NCBI RefSeq assembly: GCF_009914755.1
Contig: NC_060940.1
Direction: 5' to 3' (one strand)
Length of the DNA: 64,000 bases
Source of the DNA: the human T2T-CHM13v2.0 reference genome, Homo sapiens
The first letter of the stretch is position 1, and each line of letters opens with the position of its first letter. Of the stretch, positions 28,801 through 44,500 are shown in pieces. The notes beneath the pieces were generated by a model. It did no database searches, had not been told where the DNA came from, and was given only the letters and a program-made list of their open reading frames with translations. A program made the translations under genes and the position numbers.

Positions 28801-30757
28801 CTATTCGATTCCATTCAATGATGATTCACTTCTCGTCCATTGGATGATTCCATTTCATTCCATTCGATGATGATTCCATTCGATTCCATTTGATGATTCC
28901 ATTTGATTCCATGTGTCGGTGAGCAATTCGATTCAATTCCATGATGATTCTATTTGATTCAATTAGATGATGTTTCCATTCGAATCCATTCCATGATTAT
29001 TCCATTGGAATCCATTCGGCGATGATTCCATATGAGTCAATTCAATGATGATTCCATATGGGTCCGTTCGATGATAATTCCATTTGATTTCATTCGGTGC
29101 TTCTATTCAATTCCAGTCGATGATGATTCCGTTGGAGTCCATACGATGATTCCATTTGATTTCATTTGATGATGATTCCATTCGATGATGATTACATTGG
29201 ATTCCAGTCTATGATTCCATTCAATTCCATTCGTTGATGATTCGATTCCATTCAATGATGATTCCATTTGAGTTCATTCGATGATTCTATTCGATTCCGT
29301 TCGATGGTGATTCAATTCTCTTATATTGGATGAATCCACTCGATTCCTTTTGAGGATTATTCCATTGGAGTCCACTTAGTGAATCCTTCAGATTCTACTC
29401 GAAGATGATTCCATTCCAGTCCATTCGATGATACCATTCAATTCCATTCGTTGATGCTTCCATTCAAGTGCATTCGATGATATCATTCGATTCCATTTGA
29501 TGATAATTCCATTTGATTCCATGCGATGATTCTATTCGATTCCATTCAATGATAATTCCATTCAGTTCAGTGATTCCTCTGGACTCCATTTGATGATGAT
29601 TCCATTCAATGATTCCATTCGATTCTATTCGAAAATGATTCCATTTGAATCCATTTGATGATGATTCCATTAGATTCCATTTGATGATTCCATTCGATTC
29701 CATGCGACGATGATTCCATTCGATTCCATTTGATGATTCCATTCTATTCTATTCGATGATGATTCCATTCGATTCCATTCGATGATGATTGGATTTGATT
29801 CCATTTGATGATTTCATTTGATTCCATTCGTTAATGATTTTGATCAATTCCATTCGATGATTCCATTCGATTCCATTCGATAATGATTACATCCGTGTCC
29901 ATTCAATGATTCCATTTGAGCCTGTTCGATAATTCCATTTGAGTCCAACCAATGATTCCATTCATTTCCATTCAATGATTCCATTCGAGTCCATTTGACC
30001 ATTCCGGTAGGGTCCATTCGATGTTGATTCCATTGGAGTGCATTCGATGATTCCATTCGAGTCCATTTTATGATTTGATTCGAGTCCTTTCGATGATTCC
30101 ATTCGATTCCACTCAATGATGATTTCATTCGAGTCCATTCGACACTTCCAATCGATTCCATTTGATGTTTCCATTCGAGTCCAATTGATGATTCCATTCA
30201 ATTCCATTCGATGATGATTCCGTACGATTCCATTCTGTGATGATTCCATGTGATTGCATTCAATGATGATTCCTTTAGATTGCATTCGATTGTGATTCAT
30301 TTCGTCTTCATTCTATGGTTCCACAGGCTTCCATTCGATGACGTTTCCATTCGTGTCCATTCCATTATTCCATTCTATTTCATTTGATGATGATTCCATT
30401 CGATTCCATTCATTGGTGATTCCACTCAATTCCATTCAATGATTCCATTCCATTTCTTTCAACAATGATTCCATTAGTTTCTATTCGATGATCCACTTGA
30501 TTCCATTTGGCGATGATTCCATTCGTGTCCATTCGATGATTCCATTTGATTCCATATGATGATGATTCCATTCGATTCCATACCATGATGATTCCATTCG
30601 AGTCCATTCAATGGTGATTCCATTCAATTCCATTCGATGATTCCTTCCGATTCCATTCGATGATGATGGCATTCGATTCCTTTCAATCATTCCCTTTGAT
30701 TCCATTCAAAGGTGATTTCATTCAAGTCCATTCGATAATTGCATTCGATTCCATTCT
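23993..30757 (+). repeat. Three tandem copies of a 2255-bp block (23993-26247, 26248-28502, 28503-30757)
   Basis: Landmarks at 25807, 28062 and 30317 and ORFs at 24954/27209/29464 are each spaced 2255 bp; the same novel junction occurs at 26248 and 28503. Confidence 0.92.
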
Positions 30758-33700
30758 ATGATGATTCCATTCGAGTCCATTTGATGATTCCATTCAATTC
30801 AAGTCAATGATGATTCCATTCGATTCCACTCGATGATTCCATTGGATTCCATTCGATGATGATTCCATTCAAATCCATTCGATAATTCAATTCAAGTCCA
30901 TTCGATGATGATTCCAATCGAATCCATTCAAAGATTCCATTCAATTCCATTCGATGATGATTCCCTTAGATTCCATTCGATGATTCCACTTGATTCCATT
31001 TACGATGATTCCATTCGATTCCATGTGATGAATCCATTCAATTCTATTCAATGATGTTTCCATTTGATTCCATTGGACCATGATTGCCTTTGATTCCATT
31101 CAATGATTCCATTCGGTTCCATTTGATGATGATTCCGTTCGATTCCATTTCATTATTCCATTTGATTCCATTGGATGAGTCCATTCGATTACATTCGATG
31201 ATTATTCCATTCGAGTGCATTAGATGATTGCATTCGAGTCCATTCGATGATTCCATTCGATTCCATTCGATGTTGATTCTGTTCAAATCCATTCGATGAT
31301 TCCACTCGATTCCATTCGATGACTCCATTTGATCCCATTCGATGATTTCCTGTGATTCCCTTTGATGATCATTCTATTTGATTCAATTCGGTGATTTCAT
31401 TTCATTCCATTCAGTGATGTTTCCATTCGACTGTATTCGATGATGATTCCATTCGACTCCATTCGATTATGATTTCATTCAATTCCATTCAATAATGATT
31501 CCCTTCGAGTCCATTCGATGATTCCATTCGATTCCATTCAACGATGATTTGATTCGTTTCCATTCGATGATTCCATTTGATTCCACTTGATGATGATTCC
31601 ATTCGAGTCCATTTGATGATTCCATTCGAGTCTATTTATGTATTATATTCGTGTCCACTTCATGATTCCATTCAATTCCATTTAATGTTGATTCCATTTG
31701 ATTCCATTTGATGATTCAGTTCGATTCCTTGCAATGATTCCCTACGATTCCTTTCTATGAGGATTCCATTCGATTCCATTCATTGATGATTTCATTCGAC
31801 TCCATTCGATGATGATTCCTTTCGATTCCATTTGACGATGTTTCCATTCGAGTCCATTCGATGATGATTCTATTCAATTCTTTTCTATTATGATTCCATT
31901 CGATTTCATTCAATGCTTCTATTTGATTCCATTCGATGATGATTCCATCTCTTTCCCTTCGATGATTCCATTTGATTCCATTCAGTGATGATTCCATTGG
32001 ATTCCATCTGATGATGATTTCACTTGATTCCTTTCAATGATGATTCAATTCAAGTCCATTCGATGATTCCATTGGAGTCCAAACGATCATTCCGTTCGAT
32101 TCCATTCAATGGTGATTCCATTCATGTCCATTCGATGAATCCATTCAATTCCATTCGATGATGACTCCATTCGAGTACATTCGATGATTCCATTTGATTC
32201 CATTTGAAGATGATTCCATTCAATTCCATTCGAAGATGATTCCATTCAATTCCATTCGATGATGATTCCGTATGAATCCATTCTCTGATTATTCCATTCG
32301 ATTCCATTCATTGACGATTCCATTCAATTCCATTCAATGATGATTCTCTTCTATTCCATTCGATGATTCCGGTCGATTCCATTCGATGATGATTCCATTA
32401 GATTCCATTCGATTGTTGCATTCGATTCCCTTCGATGATGATTCCTTTGAATTCCATTCGATTATCATTCCGTATGAATCCATTTGATGATTATTCCATT
32501 GGATTCCTTTCGATGATGATTCCATTCGATTCCATTTGATGATGTTTCTCTTGTATTCCATTGGATAATTCCTTTCAGTTCCCTTCGATGATTATTCTTT
32601 CGAGTCAATTCGATGATTCTATTCCATTCCCTTCGATGATGATTCCATTTCACTCCATTTGATGATTCCATTCGACTCAATTTGGTGATGATTCAATTCG
32701 ATGACATTCGATGACTCCATTCAATTTCATTTGATGATGATTACATTCGAGTCCATTTGATGATTGTATTCCTTTCCTTTTGATGATTATTCCATTCGTG
32801 TCTATTCAAAGGTTCCATTCTATTCCATTCAATGATGATTGCATTTGATTCCATTCAATGATTATGGCTATCGATTCCACTCGTTGATTCCATTTGATTC
32901 CGTTCGATGATTATTCCGTTAGATTCCATTAGAAGATTCCATTCGATTTTATTCAATGATTCCAATGGATTCCATTCAATGATGATTCCATTCGACTCCA
33001 TTCAGTGATTCCATTCGAGTCCATTTGATGATTCCATTCTTTTCCATTTGATGATGATTCCATTAGGGTCCATTCAATGATTCCATTCGAGTCCATTCGT
33101 TAATGCCTTTCGAGTCCTTTTGATCACTACATTCGAGTCCATTCAATGATTCTATTCGATTCCATTCCATGATGATTCCATTCGAGTTCATTCGATGATT
33201 GCATTCGAGTCCATTTGATGATTCCATATGATTCCCTTCGACAATGATTCCATTCGTGTCCATTTGATGATTCCATTCATTTCCTATCGATGAAGATTCC
33301 ATTCAAGTGTATTCGATGATTCCATTCAAATCCATTCGATGATGATTCCATTCCAGTCCATTCGATCATTCCACTTGATTCCATTTGATGACTATTCCAT
33401 TCAAATCCATTTGATGATTCCATTCGATTCCATTCGATGTCACCATTCGAGTATATACGATGATTCCACTCGATTCCATTTGATGATTATTCCATTGGAG
33501 TCCACTTAGTGAATCCTTTAGATTCTACTGGAAGATGATTCCATTCGAGTTCATTCGATGATACCATTCAATTCCATTCGTTGATGCTTCCATTCAAGTG
33601 CATTCGATGATATCATTCGATTCCATTTGATGATAATTCCATTTGATTCCATGCGATGATTCTATTCGATTCCATTCAATAATAATTCCATTCAATTCAG

Positions 33701-34394
33701 TGATTCCTCTGGACTCCATTTGATGATGATTCCATTCAATGATTCCTTTCGATTCTATTCGAAAATGATTCCATTTGAATCCATTCGATGATGATTCCAT
33801 TCGATTCCTTTTGATGATTCCATTCTATTGTATTCGATGATGATTCCATTCGATTCCATTCGATGATGATTGGATTCGATTCCATTTGATGATTTCATTT
33901 GATTCCATTCGATAATGATTTCGATCAATTCCATTCGATGATTCCATTCGATTCCATTCGATAATGATTACATCCGAGTCCATTCGATGATTCCATTTGA
34001 GCCCGTTCGATAATTCCATTTGAGTCCAATCAATGATTCCATTCATTTCCATTCAATGATTCCATTCGAGTCCATTTGATCATTCCGGTAGGGTCCGTTC
34101 GATGTTGATTCCATTGGAGTGCATTCGATGATTCCATTCGAGTCCATTTTAGGATTTGATTCGAGTCCTTTCGATGATTCCATTCGATTCCACTCGATGA
34201 TTTCATTCGAGTCCATTCGACACTTCCAATCGATTCCATTTGATGATTCCATTCGAGTCCAATTGATGATTCCATTCAATTCCATTCGATGATGATTCCG
34301 TACGATTCCATTCTGTGATGATTCCATGTGATTGCATTCAATGATGATTCCTTTCGATTGCATTCGATTATGATTCATTTCGTGTTCATTCTAT
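30317..34394 (+). repeat. Higher-order unit A3 (4078 bp = 4127 - 49)
   Basis: A-specific block at 31628-33458; 49-bp deletion near 33785. Confidence 0.88.
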
Positions 34395-37300
34395 GGTTCC
34401 ACAGGTTTCCATTCGATGATGTTTCCATTCGTGTCCATTCCATTATTCCATTCTATTCCATTTGAAGATGATTCCATTCGATTCCATTCATTGGTGATTC
34501 CACTCAATTCCATTCAATGATTCCATTCCATTTCTTTCAACAATGATTCCATTAGTTTCTATTCGATGATCCACTTGATTCCATTTGACGATGATTCCAT
34601 TCGTGTCCATTCGATGATTCCATTTGATTCCATATGATGATGATTCCATTCGATTCCATACGATGATGATTCCATTCGAGTCCATTCAATGGTGATTCCA
34701 TTCAATTCCATTCGATGATTCCTTTCGATTCCATTCAATGATGATGGCATTCGATTCCTTTCGATCATTCCCTTTGATTCCATTCAAAGGTGATTTCATT
34801 CAAGTCCATTCGATAATTGCATTCGATTCCATTCTATGATGATTCCATTCGAGTCCATTTGATGATTCCATTCAATTCAAGTCAATGATGATTCCATTCG
34901 ATTCCACTCGATGATTCCATTGGATTCCATTCGATGATGATTCCATTCAAATCCATTCGATAATTCAATTCAAGTCCATTCGATGATGATTCCAATCGAA
35001 TCCATTCAAAGATTCCACTCAATTCCATTCGATGATGATTCCCTTAGATTCCATTCGATGATTCCACTTGATTCCATTTACGATGATTCCATTCGATTCC
35101 ATGTGATGATTCCATTCAATTCTATTCAATGATGTTTCCACTTGATTCCATTCGAACATGATTGCCTTTGATTCCATTCAATGATTCCATACGGTTCCAT
35201 TTGATGATGATTCCATTGGAGTGCATTAGATGATTCCATCCGAGTCCATTTGATGATTCCATTCGATTCCATTCGATGTTGATTCTGTTCAAATCCATTC
35301 GATGATTCCACTCGATTCCATTCGATGACTCCATTTGATCCCATTCGATGATTTCCTTTGATTCCCTTTGATGATCATTCCATTTGATTCAATTCGGTGA
35401 TTTCATTTGATTCCATTCAGTGATGTTTCCATTCAACTCCTTTCGATGATGATTCCATTCGACTCCATTCGATTATGACTTCATTCAATTCCATTCGATA
35501 ATGATTCCCTTCAAGTCCATTCGATGATTCCATTCGATTCCATTCAACGATGATTTGATTCGTGTCCATTCGATGATTCCATTTGATTCCATTTGATGAT
35601 GATTCCATTCGAGTCCCTTTGATGATTCCATTCAATTCCATTCTCCGATGATTTCTTTTGAGCCCATTCAATGCTTCCACTCGATTCCATATGATGATGA
35701 CTCCATTTGATGAAATTCCATGATGATTCCATTCGCTTGCATTCGATGATGATTCCACTTGAGTCCGTTAGAAGATTCTATTCAATTACATTCCATGACG
35801 ATTCTGTTCGAGTCCATTTGATGATTCCATTAGACTCCATTCGACGATGATTCCATTCGATGTTATTCGATGATGATTCCATTCAACTCCATTCGATGTT
35901 TCCATTCGAGGTCATTCTATTATTCCATTAGATTCCATTCGATGATGATTCCATTCGATTCCATTTGATGATTGCATTCTATTTCATTTGATGATGATTC
36001 CATTCGAGTCCATTCGATGATTCCATTCGAGTCTATTTAATGAATCCATTGGTTTCAATTCTATGATGATTACATTGGATTCCATTCGTTGATGATTTCA
36101 TTCGATTCCATTCAATGATGATTCCATTCAATTCCATTCAATGATTCCATTCAATTCCATACGATGATGATTCCATTTGATTTGATTCGACAGTGAGCCA
36201 TTCGATTCAATTCCATGATGATTCTATTTTATTCAATTGGTTGACATTTCCATTCGATTCCATTCGATGATGATTCCCTTTGATTCCATTCAAAGCTGAT
36301 TCCATTCTAGCCCATTCAATCATTCCATTCGATTCTATTCAATGATGATTCCATTCATGTCGATTTGGTGATTCCATTTGACTTCATTTGATGATGATTC
36401 TTGTCAAGTTCATTTGATGATTCCATTCGATTCCATTTGATGATGATCCCATTCGAGTCCATTTGATGATTCCACTCGTTTCCATTCCATGATGATTCCA
36501 TTCCATTCCATTCAATGATTCCATTCGATTCCGTTTGATGATGATTTCATTCGAGTCGATTTGATGATTCCATTTGATTCCATTCGATGATGATTACATT
36601 CGACTCCATACGATGATTCCACTCAATTCCATATGATGATGATTCCATTCGATTCCATTCGATGATTCCACTTGATTCCATTTACGATGATTCCATTCTA
36701 TTCCATGTGATGATTCCATTCAGTTCTATTCAATGCTGTTTCCATTTGATTCCATTCGACCATGATTGCCTTTGATTCCATTCAATGACTCCATTCGGTT
36801 CCTTTTGATGATGATTCCATTCGATTCCATTTCATTATTCCATTTGATTCCATTGGATGAGTCCATTCGATTACATTCGATGATTATTCCATTCGAGTGC
36901 ATTAGATGATTCCATTCGAGTCCATTCGATGATTCCATTCGATTCCATTCGATGTTGATTCTGTTCAAATCCATTCGATGATTCCACTCGATTCCATTCG
37001 ATGACTCCAGTTGATCCCATTCGATGATTTCCTTTGATTCCCTTTGATGATCATTCCATTTGATTCAATTCGGTGATTTCATTTGATTCCATTCAGTGAT
37101 GTTTCCATTCGACTCCATTCGATGATGATTCCATTCGACTCCATTCGATTATGATTTCATTCAATTCCATTCGATAATGATTCCCTTCGAGTCCATTCGA
37201 TGATTCCATTCGATTCCATTCAACGATGATTTGATTCGTGTCCATTCGATGATTCCATTTGATTCCACTTGATGATGATTCCATTCGAGTCCATTTGATG

Positions 37301-40300
37301 ATTCCATTCAATTCCATTCTCCGATGATTTCTTTTGAGCCCATTCAATGCTTCCACTCGATTCCATATGATGATGACCCCATTCGATGAAATTCGATGAT
37401 GATTCCCTTTGATTCCATTCAAAGATGATTCCATTCTAGCCCATTCAATCATTCCATTCGATTCTATTCAATGATGATTCCATTCATGTCGATTTGGTGA
37501 TTCCATTTGACTTCATTTGATGATGATTCCTTTCAAGTTCATTAGATGATTCCATTCGATTCCATTTGATGATGATCCCATTGGAGTCCATTCAGTGATT
37601 CCATTCGTTTCCATTCCATGATGATTCCATTCCATTCCATTCAATGATTCCATTCGATTCCGTTTGATGATGATTTCATTCGAGTCCCTTTGATGATTCC
37701 ATTGGATTCCATTCGATGATGATTCCATTCGAGTCCATTCGATGATTCTATTCGAATCCATTTGATGATTTCTTTTGATTATAGTTGGTGATGATTCCAT
37801 TGGAGTCCATTCAATGATTCCATTCGATTCCAATCGATGGTGATTCCATTAGAGTCCATTTAACGATTCCATTTGATTCCAGTCTCTGATGATTACATTC
37901 GAGTCCATACGATGATTCCACTCAATTCCATATGATGATGATTCCATTCTATTCCATTCGATGATTCCATTCTATTCTATTCAATGGTGATTCCATTCGA
38001 GTACATTAGATGATTCCATTCGATTCCATTCAATGATGATTCTATTTGTGTCCCTTAGATGGTTCCACATGATTCCATTTCATGATGATACTATTTGAGC
38101 CCATCCAATGATTCCCTTCGATTCCATTCGATGAGGATTCCATTCGATTCAATTCATTGGTGATTCTATTCAATTCAATTCTTTGATTCCATTCCATTCC
38201 ATTCGACAATGATTCCATTCGATTTCTTTCGATGATTCCACTCGATTCCACTTGACATTGATTCCATTCGATTCCATTCAATGATTCCGTTTGATTCCAG
38301 TGGATGATGATTGCCGTCGATTCCATTCGATCACTCCATTCTATTCCATTTGATGATGATTACATTCGATTCCATTTGATGATTCCATCTGATTCTATTC
38401 GAGGATTCCATTTGATTCCATTCGATGATGATTCCATTCGAGTGCATTCGATGATTTCATTCGAGTACATCCAATGATTCCATTCGAGTCCATTTGATGA
38501 TTCCATTTGATTCCATTTGATTATGATTCTACTAGAGTCCATTCAATGACTCCATTCGAATCCATTCAACAATTCCATTCGAGGCCATTCGATGATTCCA
38601 TTTCATGATTCCATTCGAGTCCATTTAATCATTACAGTCGAGTCCATTTGGTGATTCCACTGGATTTCTTTTGATAATGATACCATTCAATTACATTTGA
38701 TGATGCTCCCATTCAATTTCATTTGATGGTGATTCCATTAGAGTCCATTTGATGATTTCATTCGAGTCCCTTCATTGATTCCATCCGATTTCATTGGATG
38801 ATGACTCCATTCGAGTCCATTCGATGATTCCACTCGATTCCATTAAATGATTCCATTGGAGTCCATTTGATTGTTCCATTCGATTCCATTCGATTCCTTT
38901 CGAAGATTATTCCATTTGAGTCCATTCGATGATGATTCCATTCCATTCCATTCGATGATTCCGTTTGATTCCATTCGATGATTCCCTTCGATTCCATTCT
39001 TTGATGATTCCATTCCATTCCATTCAATGATTCCATTCGAATCTATTCCATGATGATTCCTTTCGATTCCATTCGCTGATGTTTCCGTTCAATTCCATTC
39101 GATGATGATTCCATTCGATTCCATTCATTGAGGATTCCATTTGATTCCATTCAATGATGATTCCATTCTATTCCATTCAATGATTGCATTCAATTCCATT
39201 CAATGATTATCCCATTAGAGTAAACTCAACGATTCCATTCAATACCATTCGATGATGATTCCTTTTGAGTCCATTCAATGATTTCATTCAAGTCCATTTG
39301 ATGATTCCTTTCAATTCCATTCTATGATGATTCCATTCGAGTCCATTCGATGATTCCATTCGATTGCATTCGATGATTCCATTATATTCCATTCAACGAT
39401 GATTCCATTCGAGTCCATTCGATGATTCCATTAGAGTACATTTAATGATTGCTTTGTTTTCAATTCGAAGATGATTACATTCGATTCCATTCTATGATAC
39501 CATTCGATTCCATTCAATGATGATTCCTCTCAAATCCATTGGATGATTCCATTCGTGTCCATTCGGTGATTTCATTAGATTCCATTCGAGGATGATTCCA
39601 TTCGATTCCATTCGATGATTCCATTCAATTCCATTCGATGATGATTCCATTCCAGTCCATATGATCATTCCATTTGATTTCATTCGATGATGATTCCATT
39701 CGATTCCATTCGACGATTCCATTCTATTCCATTCGATGATGATTCCATTCGAGTCCATTCGATGATTCCATTCGAGTCCATTTAATGATTCCATTGGGTT
39801 CAATTCAATGATGATTACATTGGATTCCGTTCTATGATTCCATTCAATTCCGTTCATTGACTATTTGATTCCATTCGATGATGATTCCATTTGAGTTCAT
39901 TCGATGATTCTATTCGATTCTCTTCGATGGTGATTCAATTCTATTATATTGGATGATTCCATTCGATTCCATTTGATGTTGATTTAATTCGATTCTATTC
40001 GATGATGATTCCATTGGATTTCACTTGATGATTCTATTCGATTCCATTCAATGATGATTCACTTCTCGTCCATTGGATGATTCCATTTCATTCCATTCGA
40101 TGATGATTCCATTCGATTCCATTCGATGATTCCATTTGATTCCATGCGTCGGTGAGCAATTCGATTCAATTCCATGATGATTCTATTTGATTCAATTAGA
40201 TGATGTTTCCATTCGAATCCATTCCATGATTATTCCATTGGAATCCATTCGGCGATGATTCCATATGAGTCAATTCAATGATGATTCCATATGGGTCCGT

Positions 40301-41549
40301 TCGATGATAATTCCATTTGATTTCATTCGGTACTTCTATTCAATTCCAGTCGATGATGATTCCGTTGGAGTCCATACGATGATTCCATTTGATTTCATTT
40401 GATGATGATTCCATTCGATGATGATTACATTGGATTCCATTCTATGATTCCATTCAATTCCATTCGTTGATGATTCGATTCCATTCAATGATGATTCTAT
40501 TTGAGTTCATTCAATGATTCTATTCGATTCCGTTCGATGGTGATTCAATTCTCTTATATTGGATGAATCCACTCGATACCATTTGATGATTATTCCATTG
40601 GAGTCCACTTAGTGAATCCTTTAGATTCTACTCGACGATGATTCCATTCGAGTCCATTCGATGATACCATTCAATTCCATTCGTTGATGCTTCCATTCAA
40701 GTGCATTCGATGATATCATTCGATTCCATTTGATGATAATTCCATTTGATTCCGTGCGATGATTCTATTCGATTCCATTCAATGATAATTCCATTCAATT
40801 CAGTGATTCCTCTGGACTCCATTTGATGATGATTCCATTCAATGATTCCATTCGATTCTATTCGAAAATGATTCCATTTGAATCCATTTGATGATGATTC
40901 CATTAGATTCCATTTGATGATTCCATTCGATTCCATTCGACGATGATTCCATTCGATTCCGTTTGATGATTCCATTCTATTCTATTCGATGATGATTCCA
41001 TTCGATTCCATTCGATGATGATTGGATTCGATTCCATTTGATGATTTCATTTGATTCCATTCGTTAATGATTTCGATCAATTCCATTCGATGATTCCATT
41101 CGATTCCATTTGATAATGATTACATCCGAGTCCATTCGATGATTCCCTTTGAGCCTGTTCGATAATTCCATTTGAGTCCAACCAATGATTCCATTCATTT
41201 CCATTCAATGATTCCATTCGAGTCCATTTGATCATTCCGGTAGGGTCCATTCGATGTTGATTCCATTGGAGTGCATTCGATGATTCCATTCGAGTCCATT
41301 TTAGGATTTGATTCGAGTCCTTTCGATGATTCCATTCGATTCCACTCGATGATGATTTCATTCGAGTCCATTCGACACTTCCAATCGATTCCATTTGATG
41401 ATTCCATTCGAGTCCAATTGATGATTCCATTCAATTCCATTCGATGATGATTCCGTACGATTCCATTCTGTGATGATTCCATGTGATTGCATTCAATGAT
41501 GATTCCTTTCGATTGTATTCGATTATGATTCATTTCGTGTTCATTCTAT
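34395..41549 (+). repeat. Higher-order unit B3 (7155 bp = 5856 + 1299-bp C-derived insertion at 36671-37969)
   Basis: Landmark spacing 7155; the register jumps back at 36671 and a second junction lies at 37391-37406. Confidence 0.87.
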
Positions 41550-44500
41550 GGTTCCACAGGTTTCCATTCGTGTCCATTCCATTATTCCATTCTATTCCAT
41601 TTGATGATGATTCCATTCGATTCCATTCATTGGTGATTCCACTCAATTCCATTCAATGATTCCATTCCATTTCTTTCAACAATGATTCCATTAGTTTCTA
41701 ATCGATGATCCACTTGATTCCATTTGACGACGATTCCATTCTTGTCCATTCGATGATTCCATTTGATTCCATATGATGATGATTCCATTCGATTCCATAC
41801 CATGATGATTCCATTCGAGTCCATTCAATGGTGATTCCATTCAATTCCATTCGATGATTCCTTTTGATTCCATTCGATGATGATGGCATTCGATTCCTTT
41901 CAATCATTCCCTTTGATTCCATTCAAAGGTGATTTCATTCAAGTCCATTCGATAATTGCATTCGATTCCATTCTATGATGATTCCATTCGAGTCCATTTG
42001 ATGATTCCATTCAATTCAAGTCAATGATGATTCCATTCGATTCCATTCGATGATTCCATTGGATTCCATTCGATGATGATTCCATTCAAATCCATTCGAT
42101 AATTCAATTCAAGTCCATTCGATGATGATTCCAATCGAATCCATTCAAAGATTCCATTCAGTTCCATTCGATGATTCCCTTAGATTCCATTCGATGATTC
42201 CACTTGATTGCATTTACGATGATTCCATTCGATTCCATGTGATGATTCCATTCAATTCTATTCAATGATGTCTCCATTTGATTCCATTCGACCATGATTG
42301 CCTTTGATTCCATTCAATGATTCCATTCGGTTCCGTTTGATGATGATTCCGTTCGATTCCATTTGATGATTCCATTTGATTCCATTGGATGAGTCCATTC
42401 GATTACATTCGATGATTATTCCATTCGAGTGCATTAGATGATTCCATTCGAGTCCATTCGATGATTCCATTCGATTCCATTCGATGTTGATTCTGTTCAA
42501 ATCCATTCGATGATTCCACTCGATTCCATTCGTTGACTCCATTTGATCCCATTCGATGATTTCCTTTGATTCCCTTTGATGATCATTCCATTTGATTCAA
42601 TTCGGTGATTTCATTTGATTCCATTCAGTGATGTTTCCATTCGACTCCATTCGATGATGATTCCATTCGACTCCATTCGATTATGATTTCATTCAATTCC
42701 ATTCGATAATGATTCCCTTCGAGTCCATTCGATGATTCCATTCGATTCCATTCAACGATGATTTGATTCGTGTCCATTCGATGATTCCATTTGATTCCAC
42801 TTGATGATGATTCCATTCGAGTCCATTTGATGATTCCATTCAATTCCATACTCCGATGATTTCTTTTGAGCCCACTCAATGCTTCCACTCGATTCCATAT
42901 GATGATGACTCCATTCGATGAAATTCGATGATGATTCCATTCGCTTGCTTTCGATGATGATTCCACTTGAGTCCGTTAGAAGATTCTATTCAATTACATT
43001 CCATGACGATTCCGTTCGAGTCCATTTGATGATTCCATTAGACTCCATTCGACGATGATTCCATTCGATGTTATTCGATGATTCCATTCGATCTCATTCG
43101 ATGATGATTCCATTCAACTCCATTCGATGTTTCCATTCGAGTTCATTCTATTATTCCATTAGATTCCATTCGATGATGATTCCATTCGATTCCATTTGAT
43201 GATTGCATTCTATTTCATTTGATGATGATTCCATTCGAGTCCACTCGATGATTCCATTCGAGTCCATTTAATGAATCCATTGGTTTCAATTCTATGATGA
43301 TTACATTGGATTCCATTCGTTGATGATTTCATTCGGTTCCATTCAATGATGATTCCATTCAATTCCTTTCAATGTTTCCATTCAATTCCATACGATGATG
43401 ATTCCATTTGATTTGATTCGACAGTGAGCCATTCGATTCAATTCCATGACGATTCTATTTGATTCAATTGGTTGACATTTCCATTCGATTCCATTCGATG
43501 ATGATTCCCTTTGATTCCGTTCAAAGATGATTCCATTCTAGCCCATTCAATCATTCCATTCGATTCTATTCAATGATGATTCCATTCATGTCGATTTGGT
43601 GATTCCATTTGACTTCATTTGATGATGATTCCTTTCAAGTTCATTAGATGATTCCATTCGATTCCATTTGATGATGATCCCATTCGAGTCCATTCAGTGA
43701 TTCCATTCGTTTCCATTCCATGATGATTCCATTCCTTTCCATTCAATGATTCCATTCGATTCCGTTTGATGATGATTTCATTCGAGTCCATTTGATGATT
43801 CCATTTGATTCCATTCGATGATGATTCCATTCGAGTCCATTCGATGATTCTATTCGAATCCATTTGATGATTTCCTTTAATTATATTTGGTGATGATTCC
43901 ATTGGAGTCCATTCAATGATTCCATTCTATTCCAATCGATGATGATTCCATTAGAGTCCATTTAATGATTCCATTTGATTCCAGTCTCTGATGATTACAT
44001 TCGAGTCCATACGATGATTCCACTCAATTCCATATGATGATGATTCCATTTGATTCCATTCGGTGATTCCATTCTATTCTATTCAATGGTGATTCCATTC
44101 GAGTACATTAGATGATTCCATTCGATTCCATTCAATGATGATTCTATTTGTGTCCCTTAGATGATTCCGCATGATTCCATTAGATGATGATACTATTTGA
44201 GCCCATCCAATGATTCCCTTCGATTCCATTCGATGAGGATTCCATTCGATTCAATTCATTGGTGATTCTATTCAATTCAATTCTTTGATTCCATTCCATT
44301 CCATTCGACAATGATTCCATTCGATTTCTTTCGATGATTCCACTCGATTCCACTTGACATTGATTCCATTCGATTCCATTCAATGATTCCATTTGATTCC
44401 AGTGGATGATGATTGCCATCGATTCCATTCGATCACTCCATTCTATTCCATTTGATGATGATTACATTCGATTCCATTTGATGATTCCATCTGATTCTAT

